The notes under the pieces are model-generated. The model ran no database searches and had not been told where the DNA came from. It worked only from the letters and a program-made list of their open reading frames with translations. Made by a program: the position numbers and the translations under genes. Below, piece by piece: positions 34,342-44,869 of a DNA stretch of 64,000 nucleotides. Position 1 is the stretch's first letter; each line of letters opens with the position of its first letter. The stretch is from Cyclobacteriaceae bacterium (GTDB lineage Bacteria; Bacteroidota; Bacteroidia; Cytophagales; Cyclobacteriaceae), in contig JAYTVB010000046.1 in assembly GCA_043744235.1 (NCBI GenBank), forward strand, positions 41,026-105,025, written 5' to 3'.

Positions 34342-37300
34342 ATGAAGAGACTGACCTGGAAGAACGCGGCAATGGCTGCGGTGGGTTTGATTATCCTTGC
34401 TGCAGCAATCGTTTATTTTAGAACGGGCACCAGCCGTGACCTCGGCGTGAAAACGGTCGATCCGGCCTTTGGAGAGTATGTCTCTTCCTACACTTCCGGG
34501 GTTGTCAGTTCGGGTTCACCCATCCGCATTGCCCTTTCCCGGGATGTGGTCGAATTTGAGGCATTGGGGGAGACTTCCATCAAATTGTTTGACTTCAGCC
34601 CCGCGATGAAGGGCACAACAGTCTGGATCGATCAGCACACGGTTGAATTTCGTCCCGACGCCCGGTGGTCATCCGGACAGGTGTATGAAGCAGCGTTCAA
34701 CCTGGGCAGGATCATGGAGGTTCCCAAAAACCTGGCATTGTTCGGGTACTCTTTTCAGATCATTCCTCAGAACTTCGAACTGACGGTGGATAATGTTTCC
34801 TCCGTTTCCCGGACCGAACTAAGCCTTCAGAAAGTGGACGGTATGATCCTCACTGCCGACTTCGCCGAAGGTGCGGCCGTTGAGAAAATGCTGACCGCCA
34901 GCCAGGAAGGAAAGGCCCTGCCCGTCACCTGGGCCCACACCGGTGAGGGTAAGCGACATGCTTTTACCGTCGGGGAAGTGCTTCGAAAAGACAGAGCCAG
35001 TATGGTGAATCTTGCCGTCGCCGGATCGGTGCTGGGCGTTGATCAGCAAGACAAGCGTGAGGTTGAAATTGCGGCACTGGGAGATTTTAAGGTCACGGTG
35101 GTGAGGGTTGAACAAAGCGGTAACCAGCATGTCGTCCTGCAGTTTTCAGACCCGTTGAGTGAGAAACAAAACCTGGAAGGCCTTATTTCCATTTCAGACA
35201 TCCCGTCAGTGGATTTTGAGATCAAAGACAATGAAATAAGAATCTATCCGCCTGTTCGCCAGACAGGAACCAAAACCCTGACACTCTCCGCGGGGATCAG
35301 GAACGTGCTGAACTACAAGATGGCACAGGGAGAATCATTTGATGTCACCTTTGAGCAATTGTCGCCTTCCGTGCGGTTTCTGGGGAAAGGCAATATCATA
35401 CCCTCTTCAGGCGAATTGGTTTTGCCTTTTGAGGCCGTCAACCTTAAAGCTGTCGATATACAAATCATTAAGGTGTATGAGCGAAATGTACTGCAGTTCC
35501 TCCAGGTCAATGAGCTTGACGGGAGTTCCGAACTGCGAAGGGTAGGCATGCCTGTGGTGAAGAAGATGGTGTCGCTTGAAAGCAGCGGAGTAGCAGACCT
35601 GGGAAAGTGGAACCGCTTTACGCTCGATCTCTCTCAATACATGAACCCGGAGCCAGGTGCGATCTACCAGGTGGGCGTGAGCTTTAAAAGAAGTTACTCC
35701 ATGTTTGACTGCTCTGGCGAAGCCGATGCCGGCAGTGAAAGCCAGCCTGACGATGAAGTTTGGGATCAGGAATCAGGAGAGTCAAGCGCCTGGGATTCCT
35801 ATGAAGAGTACTATTATGGCGAAGACTATGACTGGGAGCAGCGCGACAATCCCTGTCACTCATCCTACTACACTGGCAACCGCAACATCAGGCGTAACGT
35901 GATCGCCTCCGACCTGGGCATGATTGCCAAGCGGGGTGGTGATGGCGCCACCACGGTTTTTGTTAACGACCTCAAGACAACCAAACCTCAAAGCGGCGTC
36001 ACGTTGGAGTTGTACGACTTCCAGCAGCAGTTGCTTGGGACAGCCACTTCGGGCCCCGACGGCAAGGCGGTAATCAGTTCCAGGCAAAGTCCATTCGCAC
36101 TGGTAGCCAGGAATGGAACGCAGCGCGGCTACCTGAAGTTGCAGGATGGAGAGTCCCTTTCACTCAGCAGCTTTGATGTGGGAGGGGAGCAGGTAGACAG
36201 CGGGTTAAAAGGATTTCTGTATGGTGAGCGGGGCGTATGGCGCCCGGGTGATTCGTTGTACCTCACCTTTCTGCTTGAAGACAAACTAAAACTCCTTCCT
36301 CCAACTCACCCTGTCGTCATGGAACTGCAGAACCCCCAGGGTCAGGTGGCCCAGCGGCTGGTGCGGTCCTCCTCAGAGAACGGCTTCTACAAATTTGCCA
36401 CAGCAACGCCGGCGGATGCGCCAACCGGCAACTGGACGGCACGCGTTAAAGTCGGCGGGGCCCTGTTCACGCAAACGGTGAAGATTGAAACCATCAAACC
36501 GAACCGGCTCAAGATCAACCTGAATTTCGGAAAGGAGAAGATAACGGCGGGTGATAACAATGTGTCCGGCAAGCTTCATGTAAACTGGCTGGCCGGTTCG
36601 CCGGGAAGAAACCTCAAGGCGGAGTTTGAAGTGGTGCTGACAAAGGCCCAGACGAAGTTTGAGAAATATCCTGACTATGTATTTGATGATCCTTCCAGGG
36701 ATATCTCCGGTACGACCAAGTCAATTTTTGAAGGGTTCACCAATGATGACGGCGACGCCACCGTCAATGCAACACTGGAAGTGGAGGGCTCCCCGGCCGG
36801 CATGCTCAACGCCATCTTCCGCGGCAAAGTTTTTGAAGAAAGCGGAAACTTCAGCACTGACCGGTTCAGTCTTCCATTTTATCCTTACACCTCATTTACC
36901 GGAATCCGTTTGCCACAAGGCGATAAGGCCCGTGGCATGCTCCTGACCGATACCACCCATCGCGTGGATGTGGTCACGGTGGATGCCGACGGCAACGGGG
37001 TAAGCCGCGACAACGTTGAGGTTACCCTGTCAAAGCTGGAGTGGCGCTGGTGGTGGGATAATTCCGAAGACAACGCAAATTTCATGTCGGGTGAGAATTC
37101 AACGCCGCTCGCATCAGGAAAAATAAAGACAACCAACGGCAAAGGCTCGTGGAACTTCAAGATCAAGTACCCTGAGTGGGGAAGGTACCTGGTTCGTGCC
37201 ACAGACCCGGTATCGGGTCACAGCACCGCAAAAATAGTCTACATCGACTGGCCGGGCTGGGCCGGAAGGTCGCGCAATGAATCGCAAGGCGCTGCGATAC

Positions 37301-39906
37301 TCTCCTTTTCTTCGGACAAGCCCGTGTATAACATTGGTGAGAAGGCGACCCTGGTCATACCCGGAAGTGATCAGGGCAGGGCACTGATCAGCGTGGAAAG
37401 CGGAAGCAAGGTGATCGACTCCTGGTGGCTGGAGACGCAGAAGGGTGACAACCGCTTCAGCTTTGACATCAAGCCGGAGATGACACCGAACATTTTCGTC
37501 AACATTACGCTGTTGCAGCCCCACGCTCAAACCATCAATGACCTGCCCATCCGCATGTATGGCGTAATCCCCTTGTCGGTGGAGGATCCCAACACGCACC
37601 TTCATCCGGTGCTGACCATGCCCGATGTATTGGAGCCTGGTCAGGAAGTGGTGATTAAAGTGTCCGAGCAATCGAACAGGAAGATGACCTACACGCTGGC
37701 CCTGGTCGATGAGGGATTGTTGGACATCACACGCTATAAAACCCCTGATGCCTGGGCACTGTTCTATGCGAGGGAGGCCCTGGGTGTAAAAACCTGGGAC
37801 CTGTATGATGCCGTCATGGGCGCCTTTGGCGGAAAGATCGAGCGGCTCCTGGCCATTGGAGGAGACATGATGGCCACAAGCAAGGAAGATGACGCCAAGG
37901 CAAACCGCTTCAAGCCCGTGGTTAAATTCCTGGGTCCTTTCACACTGGATGGAAAGAGCAATGAACACCGCTTCATTATGCCGCAGTATATCGGTTCTGT
38001 CAAAACCATGGTCGTAGCCGGCTATGATGGGGCATATGGCAGTGCTGAAAAAGCCACGCCGGTTCGCAAACCACTCATGGTCCTGGCCACGCTTCCGCGG
38101 GTGCTCGGCCCCGGAGAAGTCTTAAAACTTCCGGTCACCCTGTTCAGCATGGAGAAGAGCATCAGGAATGTAAAAGTGGAAGTGAAAGTGTCTGGACCCG
38201 TTTCCCTTTCAGCCGAAGCATCACGGTCCGTGACCATGGACAAGGAGGATCTCACTACTGACTTTGAACTGTCAGTCAAAAATGAGACAGGCAGAGCGAG
38301 GATTGAAGTCTCAGCCTCGGCGGGAAATTTCAGGGCCACTGATGTTATTGACATTGAAGTACGGAATCCCAACCCGCCGGTAACCAAAGTTTTGGAAGCG
38401 TTGCTGGAGCCTGGAAAGGATTGGCGCGGGAATGTAATCCCTGTTGGAATGGCCGGGACGAATACGGCCATGCTTGAGGTATCCAGCCTTCCGCCCATCA
38501 ACCTGGGTCAGCGCCTTCGATACCTGATGCAATATCCGTATGGCTGCATTGAACAAACCACGTCTGCAGTATTTCCTCAACTCTACCTTGACCAGGTGAG
38601 GATGCTGACGGAAGAAGAAAAGGTCATGACACAGCGAAATGTCAGGGCAGCGATTGACCGGCTGAAATCATTTATGACGCGGGATGGAGGTTTTGCCTAT
38701 TGGCCGGGCGGCCAGGATTCTGAAAGCTGGGGCTCAACCTATGCAGGACATTTTCTGGTCGAGGCTGAAGCCAAAGGGTATTTTGTTCCCAGCGACATGA
38801 TCAGGAAATGGAAAAAGTACCAGCGAAGCAAGTCCGTTGAGTGGAGAAAGAACAAGGAACTTCAAAGCAGCGAATTGATCCAGGCCTATCGACTGTATAC
38901 ACTTGCCCTGGCTGGAGATGCTGACCTGGCATCGATGAACCGAATGCGCGAGATGAGCAACCAGCCCTTGACCGCGTCGTGGATGCTGGCTGCGGCGTAC
39001 AGTAAGGCGGGACAGCCCGAAGCGGCCAGGCAGCTTGTGGCCAACTTGCCTCAGGCGGTGAAGCCGTACCAGGAAATGGCATACTCCTATGGATCCGATG
39101 TGCGCGATAAAGCCATCATATTGGAGACGTTATTGCTGATGGGTGATCGCACCAAGGGCTTTGAGCTGGTGAAGGAAATATCTGCCTCGCTGAGCAATGC
39201 CAATGTGTGGATGAGTACGCAGTCGGTGGCCTGGAGTTTGAAATCGGTCAGCATGTTTGCCGGTGCAGAAAAGAAGGGAGCGCTGAAGTTCAGTTATGTG
39301 TATAATGGCAAGAGCACTTCAGTAAGCACGGATTTGCCTTTTGCCCAGATTGCGCTTTCAATGAACGCGATCAAAGCCGGAATACTGCATGTTGAAAGCC
39401 AAAGCGTCGGCACTTGCTTCCTCCGCGTAATTACCGAAGGCGTTCCGGCCCGCGGCGCAGAGGATGAGGCAAACAACAACCTGATGATGAAGGCAACCTA
39501 TACTTCGGCCGATGGCACCAGCATTGATCCCGCCAGTCTTGATCAGGGAACTGAGTTCATCGCCGTCGTTACAGTTTCCAATCCGGGTGCGCGTGGAGCC
39601 TACAAGAACCTGGCCCTCAACCAGACTTTTCCTTCCGGATGGGAATTGAATAACCTGAGACTCGATGAAGCGGAAGAAAAATTGGGCGGTGACAAGGCCA
39701 CCTACCAGGATATCCGGGACGACCGTGTTTATAGTTATTTTGACCTGGGGCCTGGCCAAAAGAAGACATTTAAAATCATGCTGACGGCCACGTATGCGGG
39801 AACCTACTACCTCCCTGCATTCAGTTGTGAAGCCATGTACGACAAAGGTGTTTTTGCGAGGTCTAAGGGAAAAATTGTTACTGTGACCAAAAAGGCCAGT
39901 CAATAG
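34342..39906 (+). CDS. alpha-2-macroglobulin family protein with intact thioester motif
   Basis: 1854 aa with an N-terminal membrane anchor or signal. Repeated MG-domain-like architecture. Thioester YPYGCIEQ, with CIEQ at 38545-38556. Confidence 0.9.
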   Translation: MKRLTWKNAAMAAVGLIILAAAIVYFRTGTSRDLGVKTVDPAFGEYVSSYTSGVVSSGSPIRIALSRDVVEFEALGETSIKLFDFSPAMKGTTVWIDQHTVEFRPDARWSSGQVYEAAFNLGRIMEVPKNLALFGYSFQIIPQNFELTVDNVSSVSRTELSLQKVDGMILTADFAEGAAVEKMLTASQEGKALPVTWAHTGEGKRHAFTVGEVLRKDRASMVNLAVAGSVLGVDQQDKREVEIAALGDFKVTVVRVEQSGNQHVVLQFSDPLSEKQNLEGLISISDIPSVDFEIKDNEIRIYPPVRQTGTKTLTLSAGIRNVLNYKMAQGESFDVTFEQLSPSVRFLGKGNIIPSSGELVLPFEAVNLKAVDIQIIKVYERNVLQFLQVNELDGSSELRRVGMPVVKKMVSLESSGVADLGKWNRFTLDLSQYMNPEPGAIYQVGVSFKRSYSMFDCSGEADAGSESQPDDEVWDQESGESSAWDSYEEYYYGEDYDWEQRDNPCHSSYYTGNRNIRRNVIASDLGMIAKRGGDGATTVFVNDLKTTKPQSGVTLELYDFQQQLLGTATSGPDGKAVISSRQSPFALVARNGTQRGYLKLQDGESLSLSSFDVGGEQVDSGLKGFLYGERGVWRPGDSLYLTFLLEDKLKLLPPTHPVVMELQNPQGQVAQRLVRSSSENGFYKFATATPADAPTGNWTARVKVGGALFTQTVKIETIKPNRLKINLNFGKEKITAGDNNVSGKLHVNWLAGSPGRNLKAEFEVVLTKAQTKFEKYPDYVFDDPSRDISGTTKSIFEGFTNDDGDATVNATLEVEGSPAGMLNAIFRGKVFEESGNFSTDRFSLPFYPYTSFTGIRLPQGDKARGMLLTDTTHRVDVVTVDADGNGVSRDNVEVTLSKLEWRWWWDNSEDNANFMSGENSTPLASGKIKTTNGKGSWNFKIKYPEWGRYLVRATDPVSGHSTAKIVYIDWPGWAGRSRNESQGAAILSFSSDKPVYNIGEKATLVIPGSDQGRALISVESGSKVIDSWWLETQKGDNRFSFDIKPEMTPNIFVNITLLQPHAQTINDLPIRMYGVIPLSVEDPNTHLHPVLTMPDVLEPGQEVVIKVSEQSNRKMTYTLALVDEGLLDITRYKTPDAWALFYAREALGVKTWDLYDAVMGAFGGKIERLLAIGGDMMATSKEDDAKANRFKPVVKFLGPFTLDGKSNEHRFIMPQYIGSVKTMVVAGYDGAYGSAEKATPVRKPLMVLATLPRVLGPGEVLKLPVTLFSMEKSIRNVKVEVKVSGPVSLSAEASRSVTMDKEDLTTDFELSVKNETGRARIEVSASAGNFRATDVIDIEVRNPNPPVTKVLEALLEPGKDWRGNVIPVGMAGTNTAMLEVSSLPPINLGQRLRYLMQYPYGCIEQTTSAVFPQLYLDQVRMLTEEEKVMTQRNVRAAIDRLKSFMTRDGGFAYWPGGQDSESWGSTYAGHFLVEAEAKGYFVPSDMIRKWKKYQRSKSVEWRKNKELQSSELIQAYRLYTLALAGDADLASMNRMREMSNQPLTASWMLAAAYSKAGQPEAARQLVANLPQAVKPYQEMAYSYGSDVRDKAIILETLLLMGDRTKGFELVKEISASLSNANVWMSTQSVAWSLKSVSMFAGAEKKGALKFSYVYNGKSTSVSTDLPFAQIALSMNAIKAGILHVESQSVGTCFLRVITEGVPARGAEDEANNNLMMKATYTSADGTSIDPASLDQGTEFIAVVTVSNPGARGAYKNLALNQTFPSGWELNNLRLDEAEEKLGGDKATYQDIRDDRVYSYFDLGPGQKKTFKIMLTATYAGTYYLPAFSCEAMYDKGVFARSKGKIVTVTKKASQ

Positions 39907-40071
39907 CAGGAGGAACAATTTGTTTCCTAAAGTGTTCTTTAAGGCGAGCTGCTTCAAAAATGACGCAGGTCATAGGAGCAGAAAAATGGGTTTCTGTATT
40001 TGACATGAATTGGGACTTTGTCCCAGACTTACTATCATTTTCTTCGTAATTTTGACCCTTTATATTCAAAA

Positions 40072-41082
40072 ATGATCGCAACAACCGACTTCCGCTTCTC
40101 TACCGGACCTGAACCGCATCGTGGCCGCACCCGTGAAATAATGACCAAACACCCCCATGTGAAGGACCTGATGGGGAAAAACCCGGCTACTTTCCTGGTT
40201 ATTCTGGGCCTTGTCGGAGGTATGGTCGGTGGCGCCTGGCTGCTGCGCGATGCCTCCTGGTGGGTTGTGCTGGCTGCAGCTTACCTCGGTGGCGCGTTTG
40301 CCAACCATGCCCTTTTTGTAATGATACACGAGTGTACGCACCACTTATTGTTCAAGAAGAAAGCGCCAAACCTCATCGCCGCCATCATTGCCAATTTGCC
40401 GCATACCCTTCCCAGCGCCGCCTCCTTTGTTCGCTACCACATCAAGCACCACTCCTTTCAGGGTGTGCATGAGCTGGATGCCGATCTTCCGAACTATTGG
40501 GAAGCAAAACTCATCAACAACTCGATTTTTGGAAAGGCAGTATGGCTGCTTTTATTCCCGCTTTTCCAGGCTTTCCGCATTACGCGGCTCAGGGAAATCA
40601 AACCCGTTGACGGCTGGATCATCACCAACTGGGTTGTTCAGATTGCATTCAATGTGGCCATCTGGGTCTTCTTTGGACCCAAGGCGTTCTTCTTCCTGTT
40701 GCTGAGTTTCTTCTTCTCCGTTGGACTGCACCCGCTGGGCGCAAGGTGGATCCAGGAACACTATCTTACGCTGGATGAAAAACAGGAAACCTACAGCTAC
40801 TATGGTCCGCTCAATGCAGTAGCCTTCAACGTCGGCTTCCACAATGAGCACCATGATTTTCCATCGATACCCTGGAACAAACTGCCTGATTTGAAAAAAG
40901 AAGCGCCAGAGTATTATGATTCCCTGAAATACCACAAGTCCTGGACGAATTTGTTTTTCAGGTTCCTGTTCGACAAGAATATTTCCTTGTACAGCCGTAT
41001 CATCAGGCAGGAGCGGGGTAAGGTTGCGCTCACGGATGAGTCCAAACCTGACAGGGAAATGGTGTTGGAAGACAAGGCCTGA
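40072..41082 (+). CDS. sphingolipid Delta4-desaturase (DEGS/Des1)-like fatty acid desaturase
   Basis: His boxes HECTHH, HIKHH and HNEHHDFP. N-terminal DFRFSTGPEPHRGRTREIMTKHPHVKDL resembles the Lipid_DES signature. Also has an ETYSYYGPLN block. An alternative start exists at 40018. Confidence 0.8.
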   Translation: MIATTDFRFSTGPEPHRGRTREIMTKHPHVKDLMGKNPATFLVILGLVGGMVGGAWLLRDASWWVVLAAAYLGGAFANHALFVMIHECTHHLLFKKKAPNLIAAIIANLPHTLPSAASFVRYHIKHHSFQGVHELDADLPNYWEAKLINNSIFGKAVWLLLFPLFQAFRITRLREIKPVDGWIITNWVVQIAFNVAIWVFFGPKAFFFLLLSFFFSVGLHPLGARWIQEHYLTLDEKQETYSYYGPLNAVAFNVGFHNEHHDFPSIPWNKLPDLKKEAPEYYDSLKYHKSWTNLFFRFLFDKNISLYSRIIRQERGKVALTDESKPDREMVLEDKA

Positions 41083-41097
41083 CCAATCGATCGGATC

Positions 41098-41535
41098 ATG
41101 AACAGAAAACTGTTTTTACTGGTCGCATGGCTGATCCAATGTGGCGCGTCCTATGCCCAGACAGTCTCGCGCGAAGAGCAGCTTGTTCTTGACCTCAGCA
41201 GGAAGAAGTTCGACTGGCTGATTTCAAAACAATACGATTCACTCAACAACTTCATGGATGACCGAATCCAGTACATTCATTCCAATGGCTGGACACAAGG
41301 CAAGAAGGAGATTATCGAAGACCTGAAATCAGGTAAACTCAATTATCAGAAGGTCACGTTGAAAGAAACCAAAATCCGGATCTATGGCGAGTCGGCTGTT
41401 GTTACGGGCTTGGGAACATTTGAAGGCATTACCGATGGGAAGCCGTTTGCCATGGACCTCCGCTTTACCGAAGTATATATCAAATCCGGAACTCACTGGA
41501 AGCTGGCATCGCGCCACGCTAATCGAATGCCATGA
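41098..41535 (+). CDS. SnoaL-like / DUF4440 (NTF2-fold) protein with signal peptide
   Basis: 145 aa. Signal MNRKLFLLVAWLIQCGASYAQ. The call rests on size and pattern only. Confidence 0.5.
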   Translation: MNRKLFLLVAWLIQCGASYAQTVSREEQLVLDLSRKKFDWLISKQYDSLNNFMDDRIQYIHSNGWTQGKKEIIEDLKSGKLNYQKVTLKETKIRIYGESAVVTGLGTFEGITDGKPFAMDLRFTEVYIKSGTHWKLASRHANRMP

Positions 41536-43895
41536 AGCTTGACGTTGCCCCGGCTAAACTTGTTTCCCTAACAGCCGGCGCATTCTTATTCACTGCCTAT
41601 TTCTTTTCATTACCCTCACGGCTTTTCAACAATCCTTATTCAACGGTGCTGGAAGACCGCTCGGGTCAGCTGTTGTCCGCCTCGATAGCGCCGGATGGAC
41701 AATGGCGTTTTCCGGAAGGAAGCCGGGTGAATGAAAAATTCGAAAAGGCGATTGTGGCGTTTGAGGACAAAAGGTTCTGGTCGCATCCGGGATTCGATCC
41801 ACTGGCGATGGCGCGGGCTCTCCGACAAAATTTCCGTTCGGGCCGGATCGTGAGCGGCGGGAGCACCCTCACCATGCAGGTAATCCGGCTGTCCCGGCAA
41901 GATCCATCCCGATCGGTGCTGAAGAAACTATACGAGACCATTTTAGCGACCAGGATGGAGTTTCGTTACACCAAGAAGGAAATCCTGGGGCTCTATGCTG
42001 CCCATGCACCATTTGGAGGAAACGTCGTTGGACTGGAAGCGGCATGTTGGCGGTACTTTGGCGTTGGGTCAGTTGAATTGTCCTGGGCTGAGGCAGCCCT
42101 GCTCGCGGTCTTACCCAATAACCCCTCATTGATTCACCTGTCTCGCAACCGTGAAACCCTTCGGTTGAAGCGAAACCGTTTACTACTCAGGCTGCTCAAG
42201 CAAGATGAGCTGGACTCATTGAGCTATACGCTGGCCGTGGCGGAGCCCTTGCCGGGAAAACCCCAGCGGCTGCCAAGGCTTGCCAGTCACCTCCTGGATC
42301 GGGTGACCCGGGAAGGCTTTGCCCAGCAGCTTGTCCGGTCTTCCATCGACCGCGGCTTGCAGGAGCGGGTGGAGCAAATGGTAGAGGACCACCATCAGCG
42401 ATTGAAATCCAACCAGATTCACAATGCCGCCGCGCTCATACTGGATGTGCGAACAGGGGAGGCCCTGGCTTACATTGGAAATGCAAGGGCGGGGATAGAT
42501 CATGAAGAACAGGTTGATATTGTACGCGCACCGCGAAGCACCGGAAGCATTCTTAAACCGTTTCTTTATGCGGCCATGATGAATGAGGGGAAATTGTTGC
42601 CCCGGACGCTGGTGCCTGATGTACCCACCTTGCTGGGTGGATTTGCGCCAAAGAATTTTTCAAAACAATTTGATGGTGCTGTTCCCGCCGATCAGGCATT
42701 GATCCGCTCACTCAATGTCCCCGCAGTGTACGAACTGAAAGAGTACCGGTATGAAAAGTTTTACAACCTGCTTCAGCAAATGGGAATGACCACGCTTCTA
42801 CAGTCACCTGATCACTATGGGCTTTCATTGGTCCTGGGTGGCGCCGAAGGAACATTGTGGGACATCACGGGCTTGTACGCGTCAGCGGCGCGAACGCTCA
42901 ATGAATACTTTGAGCATCCTGGTAAAGACCGGTACCAAAGAGAAGATTTTCACGCGCCGGTTTTTCGGCTGCAGGACTCATCTTTTCATCAGCAGTCGTC
43001 GGAACCGAACTCATATCTCAATGCCGCGGCCTTGTGGATTACCTTCGAGGCGCTCAAAGAACTGTACCGGCCGGGCGAGGAAACCGGGTGGCAGCATTTT
43101 GGCAGTTCGAAGACCATAGCCTGGAAGACAGGCACGAGTTTTGGGTTTCGGGACGGATGGGCCATCGGCGTTAATCCATCCTACGCGGTTGGTGTTTGGG
43201 TGGGCAATGCTGATGGAGAAGGACGTCCGGGGTTGACAGGCACGGAAGCGGCCGCCCCGTTGCTGTTTGATATTTTTTCTTCGTTACCCGGAAACCCCTG
43301 GTTCCGTCAGCCCAATTCGGACTTGATAGAAGTGACGGTCTGCCGGAGGAGTGGTCAGCGGATCTCCTCCTTTTGCGAAGAATCGGATAGGGTCCTGATT
43401 CCGTTGGCAGGACTCTCAACGCCGGCATGCCAGTATCATCAGGCAGTTCATTTGTCGTGGGATGGCAAATACCGTGTGCATGGAGATTGCGCCCCGGTGG
43501 ACAAAATGAAAACCATCAATTGGTTTGTGTTGCCGCCCGTTCAGGAATACTATTATAAGTCCAGGAATTTGACCTACCGGCCATTGCCTCCCTACCGTCC
43601 CGATTGCATTAACCCATCAGCCACGGTCTCGATGGACCTGATCTATCCTAAGGTCAACGCCAGGATCTACCTGCCCCGCATGTTGGATGGCGGAGCCGGG
43701 GCGACCGTGTTTCAGGCAACTCACCGAAACACCGGGGCGGTCATCTATTGGCATATTGATGGGCACTATGTCGGAAGTACGAGACGGATTCACAGGCTTG
43801 CGTTGACGCCCTCTTCTGGCATCCACAGCCTGACATTGGTAGATGATTCGGGCCAATCCCTGCAACGCTCATTTACCGTCATTTCACAACATTAA
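41532..43895 (+). CDS. pbpC: penicillin-binding protein 1C
   Basis: 787 aa. GT51 motif FEDKRFWSHPGFD. Transpeptidase SxxK (STGSILKP) and KTGTS. Long PBP1C-type C-terminal domain. It overlaps the upstream stop. Confidence 0.9.
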   Translation: MKLDVAPAKLVSLTAGAFLFTAYFFSLPSRLFNNPYSTVLEDRSGQLLSASIAPDGQWRFPEGSRVNEKFEKAIVAFEDKRFWSHPGFDPLAMARALRQNFRSGRIVSGGSTLTMQVIRLSRQDPSRSVLKKLYETILATRMEFRYTKKEILGLYAAHAPFGGNVVGLEAACWRYFGVGSVELSWAEAALLAVLPNNPSLIHLSRNRETLRLKRNRLLLRLLKQDELDSLSYTLAVAEPLPGKPQRLPRLASHLLDRVTREGFAQQLVRSSIDRGLQERVEQMVEDHHQRLKSNQIHNAAALILDVRTGEALAYIGNARAGIDHEEQVDIVRAPRSTGSILKPFLYAAMMNEGKLLPRTLVPDVPTLLGGFAPKNFSKQFDGAVPADQALIRSLNVPAVYELKEYRYEKFYNLLQQMGMTTLLQSPDHYGLSLVLGGAEGTLWDITGLYASAARTLNEYFEHPGKDRYQREDFHAPVFRLQDSSFHQQSSEPNSYLNAAALWITFEALKELYRPGEETGWQHFGSSKTIAWKTGTSFGFRDGWAIGVNPSYAVGVWVGNADGEGRPGLTGTEAAAPLLFDIFSSLPGNPWFRQPNSDLIEVTVCRRSGQRISSFCEESDRVLIPLAGLSTPACQYHQAVHLSWDGKYRVHGDCAPVDKMKTINWFVLPPVQEYYYKSRNLTYRPLPPYRPDCINPSATVSMDLIYPKVNARIYLPRMLDGGAGATVFQATHRNTGAVIYWHIDGHYVGSTRRIHRLALTPSSGIHSLTLVDDSGQSLQRSFTVISQH

Positions 43896-43987
43896 GGGGC
43901 CTGGATGTAATATTTTGAGCGAAATTCAATAGATTTATAGGAATTCAAAGTATTAATATTGTAGTGTCTTTGGCTAAAATCACTGGA

Positions 43988-44869
43988 ATGAAAAATTTTT
44001 TAATGTTGTATTTTGTCCTCTTCTGTTTTGTATGGAAGCAGGCAGGTGCACAGAACGGAGCAGTTCAACAGGGTGATTACATGGTTGTCATTGGCGCTTT
44101 TGCTGTCAAGGAAAATGCCATGCGGCTAAGCAACCAGGCAAAAAAACTGAAGCTGACCCCCAAGGTTGAACTAAACCCCGTCAAGAACCTCTATTACGTT
44201 TACGTCATCAGAACCCCGGATCGCGACGCGGCCATTCTCGAAGCTGCCAAGATTCGGGAGCTGGGGAAATACAATGACACCTGGGTTTTCATAAAAGCGG
44301 AGGCCCCGCCCAAAGTGGTGGAGGTTCCAGCCAAGGTTGAAGAAGTTCCTGCCAAGGTTGAAGAGAAGCCTTTGGATGTTGTTGTCTTGACGCCCCCGGT
44401 TCTTTCGCATGAAGAGAATATCAAGGCTCAGGTCGACAAGAAGGACATCTCCATGAAGAAGGGGAATACGGAAACACTTGACTATATTTATTTTTACCGA
44501 GACGCTTCCGTGCTTCGGCCCGAATCCCGTTTTGCGGTAGACAAACTGGTTCGAATCCTGAAGCAAAACCCTGATGAGAAGATCAGGATCCACGGGCATA
44601 CCAATGGTAATGATCCAGGCAAAATCATCAGGAGGGCAGACAGCAGCCCTGATTTCTTTTCTCTTGATAACACGATAGAAGATTATGGATCTGCCAAGGA
44701 GCTGTCCGAGCAGCGTGCCCGGGTTATCCTTGACTACCTCGTTGCCAACGGGATTGACAAGAACCGCATGAGCATCAAAGCCTGGGGAGGCAAGAAGCCT
44801 CTTTTCCCGATTGATGATATTAAGGCGGAAGCCAATGTACGGGTGGAGATTGAGGTTTTGCCTGAATAA
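43988..44869 (+). CDS. SPOR-like + OmpA-family peptidoglycan-binding protein
   Basis: Signal peptide and SPOR-like YMVVIGAFAVKENAMRL...LYYVYV. PAKVEE repeats. C-terminal OmpA-like domain ending NVRVEIEV. Confidence 0.75.
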   Translation: MKNFLMLYFVLFCFVWKQAGAQNGAVQQGDYMVVIGAFAVKENAMRLSNQAKKLKLTPKVELNPVKNLYYVYVIRTPDRDAAILEAAKIRELGKYNDTWVFIKAEAPPKVVEVPAKVEEVPAKVEEKPLDVVVLTPPVLSHEENIKAQVDKKDISMKKGNTETLDYIYFYRDASVLRPESRFAVDKLVRILKQNPDEKIRIHGHTNGNDPGKIIRRADSSPDFFSLDNTIEDYGSAKELSEQRARVILDYLVANGIDKNRMSIKAWGGKKPLFPIDDIKAEANVRVEIEVLPE

